A stretch of DNA of 37,191 nucleotides from Bigelowiella natans CCMP2755 (taxonomy: Eukaryota; Protista; Cercozoa). This document shows positions 7,527-22,200 of the stretch, piece after piece; position 1 is the stretch's first letter, and each line of letters begins with the position of its first letter. Where the stretch lies: assembly GCA_000320545.1 (NCBI GenBank), contig ADNK01001155.1, positions 1-37,191 of the forward strand, in the 5' to 3' direction. Below the pieces are notes generated by a model. The model worked only from the letters and a program-made list of their open reading frames with translations. It was not told the DNA's origin and did no database searches. Made by a program: the position numbers and the translations under genes.

Positions 7527-8067
7527 CCTACAGGGAGAGTCATACATTTAGGTTCTTTCTGCAAGCTAACTTAATCCTAAATTTGTGAACTTTCTGTTGA
7601 TCAACGCAGCATCATTGAAAAAGAGGCCAAGAATGAACCAGGAAAGGAAACAGGGGGGTGTCCACAGATGACCTAGCAATTTCCGATGTGCTTACTCATG
7701 CGGCAAAGGCAATTTCAAGAAGAAAAATGAGTTATTTTGGATGTCGCTAAGTATAAACTGTGGGCTTCCCAATAATATACGATGGAAGACGACACCAGTA
7801 AGAGAAGAAAGAACCTGCGGACGGAAGAAGACAGAGAGAAACCCTTAGCATTTATGTTACTGCGACATCGCTTCTACTTCATTTATCTCTGACGATGGGT
7901 GTCGTATCTTGCCTGTCGACTGTCTTGGTTATTGCATGCTGATATTTTTGACAGCGAGAGGAAACATAAACAACACCTACCAACAACACCAACAATCCTC
8001 TGATTGCTCGAGACTGACGACAACCAGTGAATCGACACTGGAACTGGAGCAGTCGATCCAACCCCCT

Positions 8068-9304
8068 ATGCGAGTCTTTTCACATGTCTTACTGCTATCC
8101 GCTCTCCTTTTCGTCGTAGTATGGCTACCACCTTCCTGGCCTCTCCTTGGGAGCCCACTTGCACGCTCCTACCCCAGTTCTTCCTCCGGGCCAGCTGCAG
8201 CGGCTAGAGCTTGTGGTGGCAGGCGTTGTGGCATTCTGTCTACGTGGACGTCGACGTCGATGTCGCCCCCCCGCATACAGACGACCCGAAGATCTTCATG
8301 CATAAAATCATCGCACTTCCCATCATCATCATCATCGTCGTCATCATCATCATCTACAACATCCACACCATCACCTGTAAAGAGAAGAGGCGCACTGAGC
8401 GCGTTCCTGGCTTTGGCAGCCGCAAAGACAGCTTCAGCTGGGTAAGATGAGCGAGAAGGAGAAGAGGAGGATTTAGAGGACGGAGAAATGGACTGACGAA
8501 CATGTTCTTCTCTAAAATTCAAATTTAGGCAATTGTTGGACTTTCGTCGGGAAGAGCTCAAAGGGGTGTGTGTGTTATTATTACACATGTCTTTGCCGTC
8601 GAGATTTTCCGTCGCTCATTTCAAACACATTATTCACACAACACAACAATTGCTTAGGTCGAAAAAAAATTGAAAGCGCTCGGCACCCCAACAGACTTGT
8701 CGCAGCTTTCTGTTGCTGACCTGACAGAGGACCAGCAAATCCTTTTGGCGGTATTATTGCAGTGAATAATACAGTTGACAAACATGTAACGTGTCTTTTT
8801 TTTTTTTAATCTCCCAGGAGAAGACAGTGCTGGATACATCGATAGACTTCTTAGAGTACCATTCATTCACTTTCAACTACATCTAGAACTCACCTCTTGT
8901 AGAATAATGAAATACTTTCTTTGCAAGCGACGTCTGAAGCTCAACTCTCGTAGAAAAACTTCTTTTTAAGCGAATGTTTGTATGCATTTCAATTTACAAA
9001 CTAGGGAAAATGGGCGGTATTTGCAGCAAGAAGTGAACAGGATAAAGGTGGAGTTTCATGCCGAAACAGCATTTTTACGCACCGTTATCTCGATTCGAAT
9101 TAGATAATAAAATGGAAGTGAGAGAGAGAGAGAGAGATTGGAGAGTAAATGCAAATGTAGGTTGCAAATCGTTGCAAAGATGAATATCATTTATTTCCTT
9201 CTCATCGTCAGTACCGTCATCATAATCCTGTTGTGATCAATGTTACAGAATGGCGGCAAGTTTATGCAGCATATGGTTCTGAAAGTTCCCGACCTTGGTG
9301 AATA

Positions 9305-9385
<81 letters not shown>

Positions 9386-9910
9386 TATTTACTACTTAAT
9401 CGGAGAATGACTAATCGGCGTGCAATAATGGGGATAGCGCTATATTCTGCAACCAAACATCATCATCATTATTGCCCCCCCCCCTATCATCCACGTATGC
9501 TAAGATGGCCTATTTGTCCGGAATTGTGCTTCACTTGCTTATATCGTGCTTGCTCCTCCTCCTCCTCCTCCTCCTCCTCCTCCTCCTCCTCCTCCTAATT
9601 TTCCCACGATGGGTAGATAAAGAAATTAAATTTTGGACGAAAGGATACGGATTCAAGGTTCGTTTTCTTCTTTTTCGGCATGCGTAGCAGTAGTAGCAGG
9701 GGTAGTAGTAGTAGTAGTGACAAATGACAGAGCGATACCGACTTTACAGCCTATAATTGAGGCTACTTCCTATTGCTACTGGAATGAAATCCATTTTAAT
9801 TTTGTTACCGTTATCTTCGACTTCGGCCCGGAATAGAACCTCTGTACTGAGAATTGACAGCTGAGAGTGTGCACCGAGTTACAGTGTCTATTTGTGTTTT
9901 GTGTGTGTGA

Positions 9911-9968
<58 letters not shown>

Positions 9969-10356
9969 TATATTTGCTCATTAGAACGCTGAGGTTATGA
10001 ATGCGATTGGTCATCAGGTGGTGCGAGAGAGAATGGCTGGCGACAAAAGAACGGTAATGATATTTCACTGTCTCATCAATCCCAGCTTTAAGTGTCACAA
10101 ACATCACGTATTATTCTAGATAGAAGAAACCAACACAGAAAGGACAGAATTGAGATTGTATGAATCAAGAAGTAATGAAAGTTGATGAGATATTATCTTT
10201 TTTTCCTAGTATGAGATAAGAAAGAGCTTACATGCAGCTGCCAAAAAATGGTCTAATAATAAAGATCCTTAACTACCATACTCGCCATCCTTGTGCAGGC
10301 ATTCGTCGCAAACTCACCAGAGAGCTTGGAGCTTGAAGATGGTAGTGCAGGAGTAA

Positions 10357-10389
<33 letters not shown>

Positions 10390-10654
10390 AAGTAGTTGTA
10401 GCTGCTAATGTAGTAGTAGTAGCAGCAGCAGCAGCAGCAGATGGGTTATTATAGTAGCAAAAGAACAAAAGTGATTGCGCCAGTATCTCTTCGCTGAATA
10501 CAAATGATGGATCAACACATGCACGTCTTTGAGCGTACTGCTCACATCAAATGTCCCCATTCAAAAAGGGCCATCGGATGGCTTTACATTTTTTTCTTTT
10601 CTTATTGCGACGAATTCCTCTACACGTGACACACCGACAGCGTCCATTTCAATA

Positions 10655-10694
<40 letters not shown>

Positions 10695-11289
10695 CTCTTG
10701 ACGAACGAAGGGGGGGCCTTTGCTCTTGAGCTTGTCGAAACAAAGCAACCAGGTTGTTGTGTTTTTTTAAGGAAACAATGGAAGCACAAACCTAGAGTGA
10801 TATGTACCAGGATGACTATGATGAGTAGTGCTATCGATGATGAGGCGAATTCCGTGTCTACCCAACTCTTACTCACACACCACTGAGTTTGGGGGGGGGG
10901 GGGGTTGTGTGTGTCGTATCGTTACTAAAAGCACATAATTTTATGACTATTATCGTAATGGATACTCCACATTGTATCAGTGAATGTGGGTGATGGCCTC
11001 GCCTACATGCAGTTGCGAGTAGGAGACACCCCGAGACTCTCGGATCTCGTTCAGGCACTGCCACCACCATCATCATCATTATCATAATTATCACTCTCTC
11101 TCTCTCTCTCTCTCTCTCCTCTCTCTCTCCCTCTCTACACACACACATACACACATATCAAATATTTATATAAATAAATTCCAATTGTCTCAGTCCTTCT
11201 CTCATTCCTCCAGGTCGGCAAAATTGACTTCGCATATGGATTTCTTCAGACAACGTTTGTGCTTTCTTTCATACGATAGCAACAATAAC

Positions 11290-11365
<76 letters not shown>

Positions 11366-11661
11366 TTCAAAAGCTACAATACAGTATTAAATACTTTCGC
11401 ATAAAAAAATAACAGTCTTTGGAATACATAAATCGATTGTTATTGTAGATGTTGTTGATGTCGTTGTTAATGTTTTTTGGGACAAATCTATCGGTCTTCT
11501 CTTTACCTCTAATAGAGCTATCCTATTCCCCCCCCTCCCCCACCAACCCCTCTTCTACATCCCACCCAAAATCTAGCTCTCCTGCTGGCTACAAAGTCAA
11601 TTTATACGTCGGTGAAGCAAGGTAAAGACAGAGTAGAGATGATGTAAAGAACAACAATAAG

Positions 11662-11692
<31 letters not shown>

Positions 11693-12086
11693 CTCGAAAG
11701 AACAAAAGAGAAAGTCACTATGTTCTTTATTAAAAATATATTCAAATGAAATAAGGAGAAGGGATGGGCAAAATCATATAATTTTCATCATAGTAGTGGT
11801 TAACGTATTTCCTACTACTATTAGTGCCCTTCTATTCTCCTTCTCTTTCTTTCATCTATTCTTTTCCGTTTTTGTTTACCCCCCTCTCCCCCACCTCTAA
11901 TGCTAACAGACGAGATCCGTTTGAGCTCATCGGTAAACACAGAGATGAGAATGAGGAGTGCGCAGAGCTGCCCTGTTGTCAGCGAAAACGGATGATGCTG
12001 TCTTTATTGTTTGCACCCCTCGTCAGTCGTCAATCTTCATCACCACAAGAACCAAAGCCACATCCCGAGTCATCGTCACAATCCCT

Positions 12087-12128
<42 letters not shown>

Positions 12129-13368
12129 GTCATCATCATATCATCACCCTTTTCTTAGCCCTTCGAGTTTCGGACATCGACTCTGCTTCAGACTTCTATC
12201 AAAACGCTTTGGTTCGTATTGTGGGATGAAGACGAGGGGGGGGGGGAGAGAGAGAGGGAGGACAAACATCACAACACAGTATCTCTCGCCACTTCGTGGC
12301 ACTCCGCCTCTCTACTCTATGACGATTTCGAAATGTATGAACGATGGCGAGCGCAAGTCAGTTGGCGATAACCTTCTCGTGGTGATAAACAACAACAACA
12401 ACAACCAGGGAATGAGAGAGGTGGAACTTCCTGTCGCTGAAAAGTACACAGACGCTTACGGTCCTCTCTATGGTTTTGGAGGTACGGCGACCACTGAAGC
12501 ATGCATATATCCACACCAAAAACATCGAAGGACAACAGTGCGTAGACGAGCTGCTACCTACATCGGAACGGAGAATGTCACCAACTAAAAAACTGACAAA
12601 CGGGCTGTGTTTTGTCAGGCTTGCTTCGCAAAGAATTTGAGCGTGTAGATGTCTTCAAACCACAGCCGCCAAAGGTACCCCCTCCCCCCTCCCCCCCACC
12701 CCTCTAATTAATCTCCCATTTCGGGAGCAGGGGTCATTCTGAAGAGTGAAGCATGAATTTGCCTGGCCTACCTAGTTAAGTGGTGTTGTAGTTGCTGATG
12801 CTCCGCGTTGTTTCTGGGGTGCGTACTTCTGGCAAGATTCCATCCCCCCCCCCCTCATGATGCTTTCCTATCTGCCTGATGCTGCCTACTTGTAGGGGTC
12901 ACGCTATTTCTGTTACGGGAAGAATGAGAACATGACTATGGGGGTAAGTATCATCGTGGTCTTTGTCAGGATGCTAGGTGTTGTGCAGGAAACACGCGCA
13001 CACAAGAAACATCAGTTGTCATGTGTATGGATGTATTTATGACGAGCTATGGCTAGTGCGTCTCATCCTTACTGCAATCGATGCTGTCGTTGTTCTTTAT
13101 TATGATAGGTTCTATTGATTCCTCAATCTGCAGCATGCAATGTAGGCGCCATCGATATCCCTAGTGGTAGTAGCTGAACACAGAACAATAGCAGCATTTA
13201 GTACTACTTTCGAGGTGGTAGTAGCACGCGATAACAACGGCGATGATGATGAAGAAGAAGAAGATAATGATGATAGTAGATGAGACTTGACCACATCATC
13301 CATTAAACTATATAAACGCCACCGCTCCCAGATACCAACTTGATACTAGCAGCAACAACAATCACACT

Positions 13369-13400
<32 letters not shown>

Positions 13401-13787
13401 TCCTTGTCGTTGTTGTCCAATCTTCATTTGCTGCTTCTTCTTCTTCTTCTTGCCTCAGGCGCTCCTATTGAGAAGGGCGATGGGTTCGGCAAATTCGCTA
13501 TCCTCACCAACGACGTTCAAAAGGATCGAACGAAGATAGAGGTGGTAGGAGGAGGGGGGGGAGGGGGGGGGGGTAGACGACAGGAGGGAGAAGGGAGGAG
13601 CAGTAGTAGAAGAGGAGAAAGAAGATTTGCTTTGCAATCATCCTGTAATATTGTGAGAGGCGCTGCTAGCTGCTAGTTTTATTGCTACGTACAACGCTAA
13701 TTATGCTAAGATAAGTACGGACTGCTGCTGCTGCTACCCATGTAGTAGTACACGCAAACAAGGAGGGTTGGGTTAGAGGAAAGGGTG

Positions 13788-13834
<47 letters not shown>

Positions 13835-13989
13835 TCATGTTTTTGCCCCCGCCCCCCTTCACACAGTGCGCATATTGTTCATATGGTCAATTGTTCGCAG
13901 AGTTTTACGCCTCTCAAGCCTGGAGGAGCTCGGCCCACTCTTGGGTTGTACTTACTCCTGCTATTACTACTACTACTATTACTACTACA

Positions 13990-14021
<32 letters not shown>

Positions 14022-15555
14022 CAATGCCACTACTACAAAATAAGAGATGAAGGAGAAGAAGAAGGTGATGATGGTCAGGGCGATGATGGTGGAGGTGGTG
14101 GTAGTGGTGTGAGAGAGTGTTTACCACGACGATGCCGATGGCAGTGTGACAGGGAATGACACCTGAGAAGGCGACAGCGATTTCGTATTGACTTTATTCC
14201 ATATTTTTGTGCTTGGCGACGTGGCTCATGGTAAAGCTTCTCCGGGGAGGTGAAAGGGGTTAGCTTGAAGACTCCTGGAGGCGGTGGCACTAAGGTCTTT
14301 GTCCTCGATACTACTTACTGCTACTACTACTACTACTACTACTACTGCTAATAATGATAGTCCACAGGAAAAGAGAAAGAAAAATGAGAATAAGAAAACA
14401 GGGTCAGGGATGGGGGAACGAATACAGTAGAAATGGTGCTTGTAGTAGCAAAGACAGAAAGTTAAGTGTAGGTCTTGTAGCTGCACTTTTATTTATGTTT
14501 GGGTAGAGATGTAGCGTCAAACAGCCAAGAGATCTGTGCCATCATCATCCCGTCTGCGTATTGAGTTGGAGCAGAGTATCAATGACAACTCGCTGAATAT
14601 GTGCTTTCGCTTAAAATTTCAGGTTTCAGTATTCGGTGACCTCGACGGGTAAAATTTAAAAATGCTTCCTTCAATTTTTTAAGATGCGCCTTTTTTCGTG
14701 GGACGAATCAGTCTTTTTCCTAGAGATAAAATTGACGCACAAAGACTTCGAGCTGAAGATATTCTCTTTCGTTCTTGAACTGTTCTATGATAAACAATGC
14801 AGCTATCAAGGGGTGTGGGTTGATTACCAAGATTTTGAGAACGAGCAGCCTGTTCCGCCAAAACCAACGGTATAGCAACTTTATTTATATGGATATCTTG
14901 AATGTATTCTTCCTGTCTTTGTCTGTTTCCGGGGTGGCCTCTCCCCACTGAGCATAGCCGCACAAGTTTCTACTTCTCAATGGAAGCTTAGAGCGATAAT
15001 TATTTTTTAACAGTACGATGATAGTGATGATGCAATAGTCACATGTACTCTTGTGCAATTATAAGATATGAAATACTCTCCCAACCTTAACGCACGCTAT
15101 TTGCATTATTGTCTTTCCCAGTCGCTTGTGGCAGAATTTGAGGAGGCAATGGTATTATTTATTCTCCAATTCCTTTTAGTATAATAATGTGCAGTATCAG
15201 TGGATAAGCGGTGTCGGCTTCTAATCTCAATATTTCCCCAAATAAGCTCTGATCATTGTGAATTGATATCACAGCTGGCGGCCAACAAAGAAGCTTCTAT
15301 TCAAAAGGTCATTGGTTCATGAAGTTATCAATAAAGAGTATCGTGAGCGCACAATGGAATTTAGCAAACATACAATTACGTTCATTTGGCGACGATAACA
15401 TGGCATGGACTAGTAGGCACCCCTTGGGACGGACTCATAGTAATCATTCTCATTTCTTGCAATTTAAAATTCAGAAAGCAGCTCAAATGGAAGAGTATGA
15501 GGCACTTGGGGACGCAGTTAGGTCAGGGTCAGGATCAGGGTACGTTGGCATGTGA
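8068..15555 (+). CDS. Plastid-targeted glyoxalase I-like (VOC-fold, two-domain) protein, ~28 short exons
   Basis: Phase-compatible exons include 8068-8441, 8529-8565, 8658-8750, 8818-8855, 9249-9297, 9617-9657, 10018-10053, 10299-10341, 10711-10752, 10981-11054, 11214-11254, 11577-11621, 11910-11932, 12159-12211, 12409-12481, 12619-12674, 12896-12943, 13459-13541, 13901-13944, 14237-14294, 14623-14648, 14803-14869. They splice to FMQHMVLKVPDLDKEIKFWTKGYGFKVVRERMAGDKRTAFVANSPES...FALELVE...VGDGLAYMQL...SPAGYKV...DPFELIALRVSDIDSASDFYQNALGM...KGDGFGKFAILTNDV...GTKVSVFGDLDGYQGVWVDYQDF, matching two-domain lactoylglutathione lyases. The last exons and a few junctions are uncertain; the stop is at 14875 or 15555. 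Confidence 0.85.
9119..14350. repeat. Dense intronic microsatellites (CA, GA, TA, CAT, TAG/CTA, AAC, CCT, poly-G/C)
   Basis: Examples: (CA)n(TA)n 9309-9382, (GT)n(GA)n 9901-9965, (CAT)n 12088-12138, (CTA)n 13960-14020. Confidence 0.9.
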
Positions 15556-15599
15556 GTAATCGCGCTGTACAGCTGGGGCGGGAATCAAGCATTTTTGTT

Positions 15600-16400
<801 letters not shown>

Positions 16401-16462
16401 AGCCTTGCTCCGATTAAGTGTAACTATCACTCCACTATCTCTAGATCTGTGTGATTACAGTT

Positions 16463-17798
16463 CTACGTAAGATCAAGCTCATCTGTTTTGACTGTTTTCT
16501 TCAAAGATTCCTGAATGACAACGAGAACGTCAACAGTCCAGTCGTCAATTGCCTTCCTTTTGTTCAATTGCCGCACAGCTTGCTTGTATTCCTTTTCGTT
16601 TCCTTCCTCGACCAACGGAATGATATCCTGAAAATATTCACAGTAGCTTTTAACTTAGAAGTACTATTAGTCGTATACGTAACATAAACTACGATAGACG
16701 TACAGGAATACTATCATGGTCGAATCAATCTCTATGCTACTTTTTCATTACATGTAGCAATGTACCTCTAGAAATTTACACTCAGGAGTATCACCAAAAT
16801 CTGCATTAAGATCCTTGTAGTTCTCTACGCTTGACGGCACGTTTTTAATATCCTGGAAATATCACGTGGTTGTGATCACGATGATAGACGACTTAATAAT
16901 GTTTAAATACCCCTGAATCTGCGCCGTGCGCCAATAGGCAGAGTCCTGCTTTGAAGAAGTAGCCAACTACGCTACGTCTCAACAATCTGTTATCTAATGA
17001 ATCTCCTGAAACTTTTTCGTATAATTTGACTGCTTCTAACCACTTGGGCTTTTTGCATTTGGCGTATAGGTCGGCCGTTCTTAAGAGTTGATGATTGGCA
17101 TTTCTAATATTATTGTAATTGTAAGAAATGAATCCGAGTGTTAAAATCGGAATAGAGCAGCAATTATCAAATCGGAATGTGGACATATACTTACGTTGGC
17201 TGGTCAGATGATAGGTAAAAGTGCGAGCTTTGCTTAAAAGCTTTTGCTGCTTCCTCATATTTGGATTCCTTTTCCAATATTTCTCCCATCTCTTTGCATA
17301 ATCTTGCCGCTGTCGAATCGCGTGGACGGGGTCGATCCGTAAACGCTTGAATTGCCAGGTTATAGGCGGCAAGTGCTTCTGTAAGATGTAGGAATACACA
17401 CTAAGTCATCTTCAGATCATTGCATAATTTTGATCGCAGACCAAACCTTTCGTTGAAACTTTCTTCAAACATTTCCCTGCTTCCATGTATGAGTTTGCAT
17501 CCTCGTGGCTACCCGCTGATTTGAACAGTTCTCCGGATTTGATATACGTATCCCCAGCCAATTTCCCTGCAACCATACATAGTTTACTCGATGGCATTTA
17601 CAAAGAATGTTTATCAGACTGCAATCGAAATTTTATAAGCTCACATTCGCCTCCGGTCTTGTACTGATTGGCGGCCGCCACGTAGAGCTCAGCAGCATCT
17701 TCCTCTTTCTGCTGCTTCGGGGTAAACAGGGACCACGCCGCCAGCTTTTTTTCAGCTTCTTTAATTTTAGCTTCGGCTTTTTTGCTGAACATATCCAT
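16463..17798 (-). CDS. NAPA: Alpha-soluble NSF attachment protein (alpha-SNAP/Sec17), ~6 exons
   Basis: MDMFSKKAEAKIKEAEKKL...EEDAAELYVAAANQYK; AGDTYIKSGE...ANSYMEAGKCLKK; EAVKLYEKV...NRLLRRSVVGYFFKAGLCLLA; last exon DIIPLVEEGNEKEY...IDDWTVDVL...DELDLT* (TAG at 16465-16463). Short GT-AG introns. Confidence 0.92.
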
Positions 17799-17882
17799 GA
17801 GGGCTGGTGGTTGCGTCCCTCTGCAAGGTGGTGTTGGAATGTAATAAGAAAGCTCAGTATGTCAGACTAATTCCTCCTCACT

Positions 17883-18903
17883 ATGATGCCTTCTATCTGT
17901 AAAAGGAGGACATTTTACATATTTATCGTCACGATATTGTGTCATCATGTATTTTCCCAGATCTTTTGAACGAACTTCCAGAACATATATACCTTATGAC
18001 GCAAGACCAAAGAAGGGAACACACAGAATGTAATCTCTCGGGAGTCTCACATACACAGGAAAGTACATATTCGCCGAGGAGTTATTTTCGCTGGCAAATG
18101 AGATTTTGGTTCATGGGTTTTGGCAAGGAGTAAGGCCCTTGTTTTGGTGAAATGACACTGGGGACCGATTTTTCCCGTATCGCACGTGACTGCCTCCCTA
18201 CATTTTACAAACAGGTGTTGTTTCCCGCTTTTACATCTTACGAAAAGATAATTTATTACACTTTATTTAATCGGATGTACATTCTCTGGGAGGAATTTAG
18301 CTGAAAACACCACGATCTGCGGCGGGCTTACAATTGCTTGATCTCAAACAGATCCATAGGGATATACAAAACGCCGAATGCTATATGAATAAGACAAAAT
18401 ATTACCTTTGTCGTAATTTATAAAAGGCAAGCATTTTTGAAATTTATTCTACTAGTGTACTGCGCCCGCCTTCTTTGCGTGCGATTGCGCCCAGGAGGTT
18501 AGGTGAAGCTCGTCCCCACCCGCCCTTTTACCACCTACAGTGGAGGTAAATTTGAGTATTTTCGCGCCAAACTCCTCACAGCTTTACTCTAACTTATGAG
18601 GATATCAAAAATGTATCTTTTGTCCGAAACGGGTCATTTTTGGCCATGTGAGCCCTCTTTGAAGTTTGGGGAAATTAAACCTGAGGAAATTTTCACTGCA
18701 GACATAGAACTTGCCTGCCGTAGCGTCCAGAGTGTTAATTGAACAGCTCTTTCACATATTCATCGTTTAGGATTATCATTAATTTTGACGAGGATGGATT
18801 TGGGAGTTCGTCAATGAGATCGATAGGATTGAAAGGTGGGAATAGTTAACGTGTTTTCCTAGTTTATTTCAGTATTAGTAGCAACAATCTTCCCAGCCAA
18901 TGA
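17883..18903 (+). CDS. Possible small multi-exon gene of unknown function
   Basis: AG/GT-bounded segments translate plausibly: LLNELPEHIYL, KYIFAEELFSLANEILVHGFWQG, VLFPAFTSYEK, FTLTYEDIKN, IELACRSVQ, WIWEFVNEIDRIE, ISSNNLPSQ*. The full splice path is not resolved and no family is recognised. Confidence 0.35.
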
Positions 18904-19201
18904 AAAGAGTTTTTTTGGCTTCTTTGACATAACTATGCGGTGATCTTCCAATATACTCACAAACCCTACGATTCCCAGGGGTGATGACAGCAATTTGCCG
19001 ATTTACAGTGCCGTATTTTATTCATTTCACCTGCATGAATGCGTAAATGTAGCAAATCAGTTGCGTCACAAATGTGTTGATTGCCTTTTTGGCAATACAA
19101 CAACATACTGATCTTCCGATTGTGTTGTGCCATATCAGGACGTAGAAAATCCAGACTTAGATCCGACATAAAGCACTGTTAGCTTGCTACCACTGCGCGC
19201 A

Positions 19202-22200
19202 ATGGACCCAAAATCCAAACCTGCAGCGGCGGAAACTTCGGTGACTCCGGGCACAGTCAAAGCTGCTCAGCCGATGATTGGACAGAAAAGATCGAGGCCT
19301 CAAGAATCACCACAAGCTACTGTTAAAGCACCTGTGGCTACCGGACAGCAACCACCGCCGCTGCCGAAGCAGCAGGTGGTGAAGCAGGAGCAGCAACAGC
19401 AACGAGCAGCTGTCAAGGCTAACGGGCCCGATCAATCGAAAAAGAGAAAATCTGCCGTTGTGTATCAAACAACACCAACTACTAAAGGTATGATATTGTG
19501 CATACGTGTGTGAATGAATTATGGTAACTAAAATTTGAAAAGGGGCATGCGTATGTGTAAGTGAAGATGTATGATATCATGTAGATTAAACGTTGCATAA
19601 TATTTTAATTCTTAATGTGTGTATGCGTGTGCGTGTTTGTGTGTGTAAATGAGTGTGTGTGTGTGTGTGTGCGCGCGCGCGCGCGTGTAGATGGGGCTAG
19701 GTATCTGTACAAATATGTGACACCTGCACTATATTGATTAAAAATATGAACATATGTGCACATACACATGACAACCTGACTAATGTGAAGCTCGTATGAG
19801 TACTATGATACATTGGAAGCACGGACTAACAGTCATGAATGTGTAATGTGTGATTTAGTGTACTGGCAGCATCAGATCCCCCTTACTATTGAACAGCAGC
19901 GCGCCTATGTGATAGAACATAGAAAGATCTCCATAGCGCAGCTCCGGACACATTTATCATCTGCAGAAGCTGAATTGAAACATCTGCAGAAGGGCGGACA
20001 TTATGTTAACTTCAGGGTGTCCTCTGGACCGAAGTTATCGATTCCGGCCCCTGCTCCGAATCCTAACAAGAAAGCAAAGGTGAAAAAGAAGAATGAAAAG
20101 AAGGCGGCTACGGAGGCAGCAGCCGCCAAAAAAGATAGTAGAGCAGAGCCTTCATCGTCGGGGGTTTCCATTCCTGCTGTGAAGGTTAAGGTGGAGGAGC
20201 CAAAACCCGCTCCTAGCTCTGCTACAACCACCACACAAATTAAGACCCCTGTCCCCGGAACACCGCCCGTGCCTAGCGCCGCCTCGGCTCAATTTAAGAC
20301 GCTAAAGAGCGAGCTAGACGAGCTTAGGAAGAAAAAGAATCAATTGAATGATATGATTCGTGAATTCCAGAAGAAAGGGGGGCGCCGTATGAAGAAGTCG
20401 GCAGAACCGCCACGAAACAAAGTTCATTGGGACTATCTCTTGGACGAGATGGGTTGGATGTCTACGGATTTCAACAATGAGAGGAAGTGGAAATCGCGAC
20501 TAGCAAAGAAAATCATGCGCGCAGTGATATCGTACCACGGAAAACAACAAGCTCTCCCAGAGAGAGAAGCGAAACTGGAACTGGTGAGGAGGAAGAAAGG
20601 TGCCGCGGTGGTGGCGAGACTAGTCAAGAAATTCTGGCTGAACATAGGCAAGCTGGTCCAGTTCAAACGGAATGAGACGTTGAATCAGAAGAAGAGCGTA
20701 GATCTCAATCGGCATCTTGAGCTGCTCGTAGATCACACACAGAGCCTCACCAAGATGGTTGCAAAAGATCTCGTTGTTGGCCATCCCGAAGATGATAAAG
20801 ACTATGAGAGAGTTAGGGATACGCAGCGCGAGAAGGATGACCAGGAAGCTTTCGAGGAGATGGAAGCAGAGGAGCAGACGACGAAGGAGGAAAATGTTCG
20901 TGAGGTGAAAGAACTGGAGGCCGACAACAGGATGTCTCTCGAAGAGCTAAAAGCCAAGTATAGCTACTCTAAAGTCGCTGCGGCCGCTGCCGCTGCTGAT
21001 AGTGCAGCAACAGGGACGTCTGCAGCAGCAGCAGCAGCAGCAACAGCGAACGGCAAAGAAGGAGGAGGAGCAACAGCCATGGAGGTGGTTGCTGCAGGTG
21101 AAAACGATGAGGATGACGACGATGGCGACGAGGATGATGACGAAAAGCAAGTTATGATCTCTGCTTCCGAGAAGGCAGCAGCGCATCAGCCTACCGGCTT
21201 CGATCTTGGTAGTATGCAAGTGAAAACGAAGCTACCCGCACTCCTCCGACACGGCAAACTTCGAGAGTATCAGCACATCGGACTCGACTGGCTTGTGACG
21301 ATGTGCGACAACAAGCTGAACGGCATCCTAGCCGACGAAATGGGCTTGGGAAAGACTGTGCAGACCATAGCCATGCTGGCGCATTTAGCCTGCGATAGAG
21401 GCATATGGGGGCAGCATCTTGTCGTCGTACCAACCAGCGTGATGGTCAACTGGGAGATAGAGTTCAAGCGGTGGCTTCCAGGGTTTAAGATCCTGTGCTA
21501 CCACGGGGACAAAAAGGAGAGGAAGCGCAAGCGGAAGGGCTGGTCGAATCCCAACACGTTTCACGTCTGTATCACCTCGTACGAGCTCATCATCAAAGAT
21601 GCGGGGATATTCAAGCGCAAGCGCTGGCATTACCTCATCCTGGACGAAGCGCAAAACATAAAAAACTTCCGCAGCAAGCGCTGGCAAGTGTTGCTCAACT
21701 TTCGCACGGAGCGCAGACTCCTCCTGACAGGCACCCCCCTCCAGAATAACGTCACCGAGCTATGGTCTCTGATGCATTTCCTCATGCCGCACGTGTTCCA
21801 GTCGCAGAAGGAGTTTCAGGATTGGTTCGCTGACCCTGTTAAGAACATGGTCGAAGGGAAGGAAACTATGGACAAGACCGTCATATCGAGATTGCACAAA
21901 GTTCTCCGCCCCTTCATCCTGCGCCGTTTGAAGAAGGAAGTTGCCAAGCAAATGCCGAAGAAGTATGAGCACGTAATCCATTGCCGCCTTTCGAAGCGGC
22001 AGCGCATTCTCTATGAGGAATTCATGGCGAACTCAGCGACTAGAAATACCCTCGCCTCGAAGAACTTCCTCGGCCTCATGAATGTTCTCATGCAGTTGAG
22101 GAAAGTGTGCAACCATCCTGACATCTTCGCTGGGCGGCCTATAATATCGCCCTTTGATCAGATGCAGCCCCTTTCATACGTCACCTCTTCGACTATCACG

